This document shows, piece by piece, positions 5,957 through 7,592 of a DNA stretch of 7,592 bases. The position numbers were made by a program, and so were the translations under genes. The DNA is from PVC group bacterium. GTDB taxonomy: Bacteria > GCA-001730085 > JADFSZ01. Under the pieces are notes generated by a model that saw only the letters and a program-made list of their open reading frames with translations, searched no databases and was not told the origin of the DNA. The stretch covers positions 1 through 7,592 of the forward strand of contig JADFSZ010000085.1 of NCBI GenBank assembly GCA_022560555.1, written 5' to 3'. Each line of letters begins with the position of its first letter. The stretch's first letter is position 1.

Positions 5957-6802
5957 ATGGCGCAAGAAAAAACAAATACCGATTCAACCGCACAAGCAAC
6001 GTGGTGGAGTGAATATGAATTTCTTAATCCTGGTATAAAGCTCTCTCTGAAAATGAAATTGCTCCATGAAGAAAAAACTCCTTTTCAGAAATTGGAGATT
6101 TATGATCACAAATACTTAGGTCGGGTTCTTGTTCTTGATAGTGTTGTGCAGACAACAGAAGAGGATGAATTTATATACCATGAGATGTTAACACACGTTC
6201 CGTTGATGGGGCGCAAAAACGCGGGCAAAGAAAGTTCGAGTGTTCTGATTATCGGGGGCGGAGACGGAGGAATGTTACGGGAAGTGCTCAAACATGAATG
6301 GGTAAGCCGGGCTGTGATGGTTGAGCTTGATCAGGCCGTTGTCACATCATGCGAGAAATTTCTTGGATTTAACGGGGATTACAATGACTCCCGTGTCAAA
6401 CTCATTTTTGGTGACGGAGCTGCCTATGTGGCGAGCGAAGAAGCCAAAAATAATCCCTTTGATGTGGTGATCATTGATTCGACGGATCCCATTGGTCCGG
6501 GTGAGATTCTTTTTAGCGAAGAGTTTTGTCAAAATGTTCATAATTGTTTAACCCCCACGGGAGTCATGGCGCGTCATCTTGGTGTTATGGCGTTTCAAAA
6601 AAGCGTCATGCCGGATGGACATAAAAAACTGACAAAAATTTTTGGCAACGCACAGGCTTTTCGAGCGGCTGTTCCAACCTATATCGGCGCGGATATGGTT
6701 TTTATGCTGGCAAGCAAGGATGGGCACGATTGCCGAAAGCCGTGTCTTGAATTTTCGGGTAAATATTATAATCCGGATGTTCATTCCGATTCATTCGCCT
6801 AG
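5957..6802 (+). CDS. speE: Spermidine synthase (polyamine aminopropyltransferase), with an apparently truncated C-terminal motif
   Basis: It is colinear with E. coli SpeE as I remember it: VLDSVVQTTEEDEFIYHEMLTHVPL, the signature VLIIGGGDGGMLREVLKH, DVVIIDSTDPIGPGEILF, and YYNPDVHSDSFA at the end. The TAG stop at 6800-6802 falls inside the conserved FALP motif (see findings). Confidence 0.9.
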   Translation: MAQEKTNTDSTAQATWWSEYEFLNPGIKLSLKMKLLHEEKTPFQKLEIYDHKYLGRVLVLDSVVQTTEEDEFIYHEMLTHVPLMGRKNAGKESSSVLIIGGGDGGMLREVLKHEWVSRAVMVELDQAVVTSCEKFLGFNGDYNDSRVKLIFGDGAAYVASEEAKNNPFDVVIIDSTDPIGPGEILFSEEFCQNVHNCLTPTGVMARHLGVMAFQKSVMPDGHKKLTKIFGNAQAFRAAVPTYIGADMVFMLASKDGHDCRKPCLEFSGKYYNPDVHSDSFA

Positions 6803-6835
6803 CCCACATGGTGGCAGGATAGCTTATCCAGTTAG

Positions 6836-7271
6836 GCAATACATCCGTACAAAATTATTTTTTTCAATTTCCACCTTTCAAAACCTCCTTGATATTAATC
6901 AATGATTTTATTACTCCAGATTTGTAATGTTTTGCAAATTCGAGAGCGACCATGTGAGAACTAGAAGCAAGTTGTGTATCTCCTCCAAAAAATTTTATTA
7001 TTCTCAAAATTTCCAACATCAAAAAAAAGTAATGATTTCGTCCGTAAAAAGACATGATATTCATGAATACTTGAGTAATGTGAAGCATGCAAACAGTACA
7101 TTAGAACAAGTCTCGAGAAAAATAGTATTAATACTTCAATACCTATGAAAAATATAAAGCAATAAAGTTTTTGATCATTACGATTCTTTCAAACAATTGT
7201 GAAGTTCAATCATTTATTAAAAAATAGAAGGTTATGTACAAATATTTTAAAAATGAATGTTTTGTATTTAT
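6836..7271. other. AT-rich region without a convincing gene; compositional junction between the bacterial gene array and the actin gene
   Basis: The region is visibly richer in A/T runs than 1-6835 (for example TTATTTTTTTCAATTT, CAAAAAAAAG, TTATTAAAAAATAG). The only ORFs, 6864..7088(-) and 6927..7148(+), overlap each other, lack SD motifs and have no recognisable motifs. It contains a 12-bp perfect palindrome, AGTATTAATACT (7124-7135). Confidence 0.5.
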
Positions 7272-7592
7272 TTAGAAGCATTTTCTGTGAACAATGCCAG
7301 GTCCAGATTCATCATATTCTTTCTTAGAAATCCACATTTGTTGGAAGGTTGATAAAGATGCCAAAATCGATCCACCAATCCAGACAGAGTATTTTCTTTC
7401 AGGAGGAGCAACAATTTTGATTCTCATGGTATCAGGTGCCAAAGCAACGATTTCTTTGTTCATTCTTTCGGTAATTCCTTCAAACATAGTAGTTCCACCA
7501 GACATAACAATGTTACCATACAAATCTTTTCTGATATCGACATCGCATTTCATGATGGAGGTATAAGTAGTAAGGTGAATACCATCTTGTTC
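7272..7592 (-). CDS. Actin, conventional eukaryotic type: C-terminal 106 codons plus stop, with the 5' part outside the window
   Basis: The minus-strand frame is open to the window edge. Translation: [106 protein letters not shown], with TAA at 7272-7274. It matches the canonical actin C-terminus almost residue for residue ([57 protein letters not shown]). It is far too similar to be MreB, ParM or FtsA. Confidence 0.95.
   Translation of the reverse strand, partial: EQDGIHLTTYTSIMKCDVDIRKDLYGNIVMSGGTTMFEGITERMNKEIVALAPDTMRIKIVAPPERKYSVWIGGSILASLSTFQQMWISKKEYDESGPGIVHRKCF

Noticed and set aside
5353-6905. Shadow ORFs over the redoxin and speE genes: 5353..5673(-), 5432..5680(+), 5686..5958(-), 6106..6291(-), 6347..6541(-), 6548..6784(-), 6642..6905(+).
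   Set aside because: They overlap confidently assigned CDSs (thioredoxin-fold protein, SpeE) in other frames, and none has a motif or an RBS.
6864-7148. ORFs 6864..7088(-) and 6927..7148(+) in the AT-rich spacer. I also looked here for a profilin gene, which accompanies the transferred actin in Microcystis.
   Set aside because: The two ORFs overlap each other on opposite strands and lack SD motifs. I recognise no motif and no resemblance to profilin. Long ORFs like these are expected by chance in AT-rich DNA only when stop codons happen to be sparse, so I leave both uncalled.
7149-7271. AATAAA hexamers on the minus strand just downstream of the actin stop, as possible eukaryotic polyadenylation signals.
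   Set aside because: AATAAA is expected by chance in DNA this AT-rich. Without cDNA or poly(A)-site data it is not evidence for a eukaryotic 3' UTR.
1-7592. Giant-virus origin, since histone and actin genes are both known in some nucleocytoplasmic large DNA viruses.
   Set aside because: Ten genes have bacterial SD motifs. They include Sec-type signal peptides and an M15 cell-wall peptidase. The histone is of the short bacterial HBb type rather than a eukaryote-like core-histone doublet. The locus (apart from the actin) is bacterial.

Overview
Ten same-strand (+) genes with bacterial features (Shine-Dalgarno motifs, signal peptides, overlapping stop/start) fill nt 1-6835. A visibly AT-rich stretch with no convincing gene follows (about 6836-7271). 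The window ends with the 3' end of a minus-strand gene encoding a conventional eukaryote-type actin (7272-7592, truncated by the window edge). The bacterial part contains:
- an envelope cluster: a possible LolA-like protein, a secreted protein and a membrane-anchored M15 (VanY-type) peptidase
- a 69-aa zinc-ribbon mini-protein behind a near-consensus sigma70 promoter
- a 62-aa histone-fold protein that closely resembles the Bdellovibrio HBb/Bd0055-type bacterial histone
- a structured spacer
- a translationally coupled ATP-grasp ligase / M20 amidohydrolase pair, followed by a 58-aa two-helix membrane protein that is absent from the ORF track
- a secreted thioredoxin-fold protein
- spermidine synthase (speE), whose conserved C-terminal motif is cut by an in-frame TAG

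Points worth a second look:
1. The actin next to bacterial genes could be horizontal transfer from a eukaryote or a chimeric assembly. The sequence alone cannot decide.
2. The bacterial histone.
3. The Zn-ribbon + ATP-grasp + M20 arrangement around the histone formally echoes LysW/LysX/LysK carrier-protein systems or RimK-type ligase/hydrolase pairs. This may be an undescribed peptide- or protein-ligation module.

All homology statements come from reading motifs by eye and from remembered family sequences. No searches were run.
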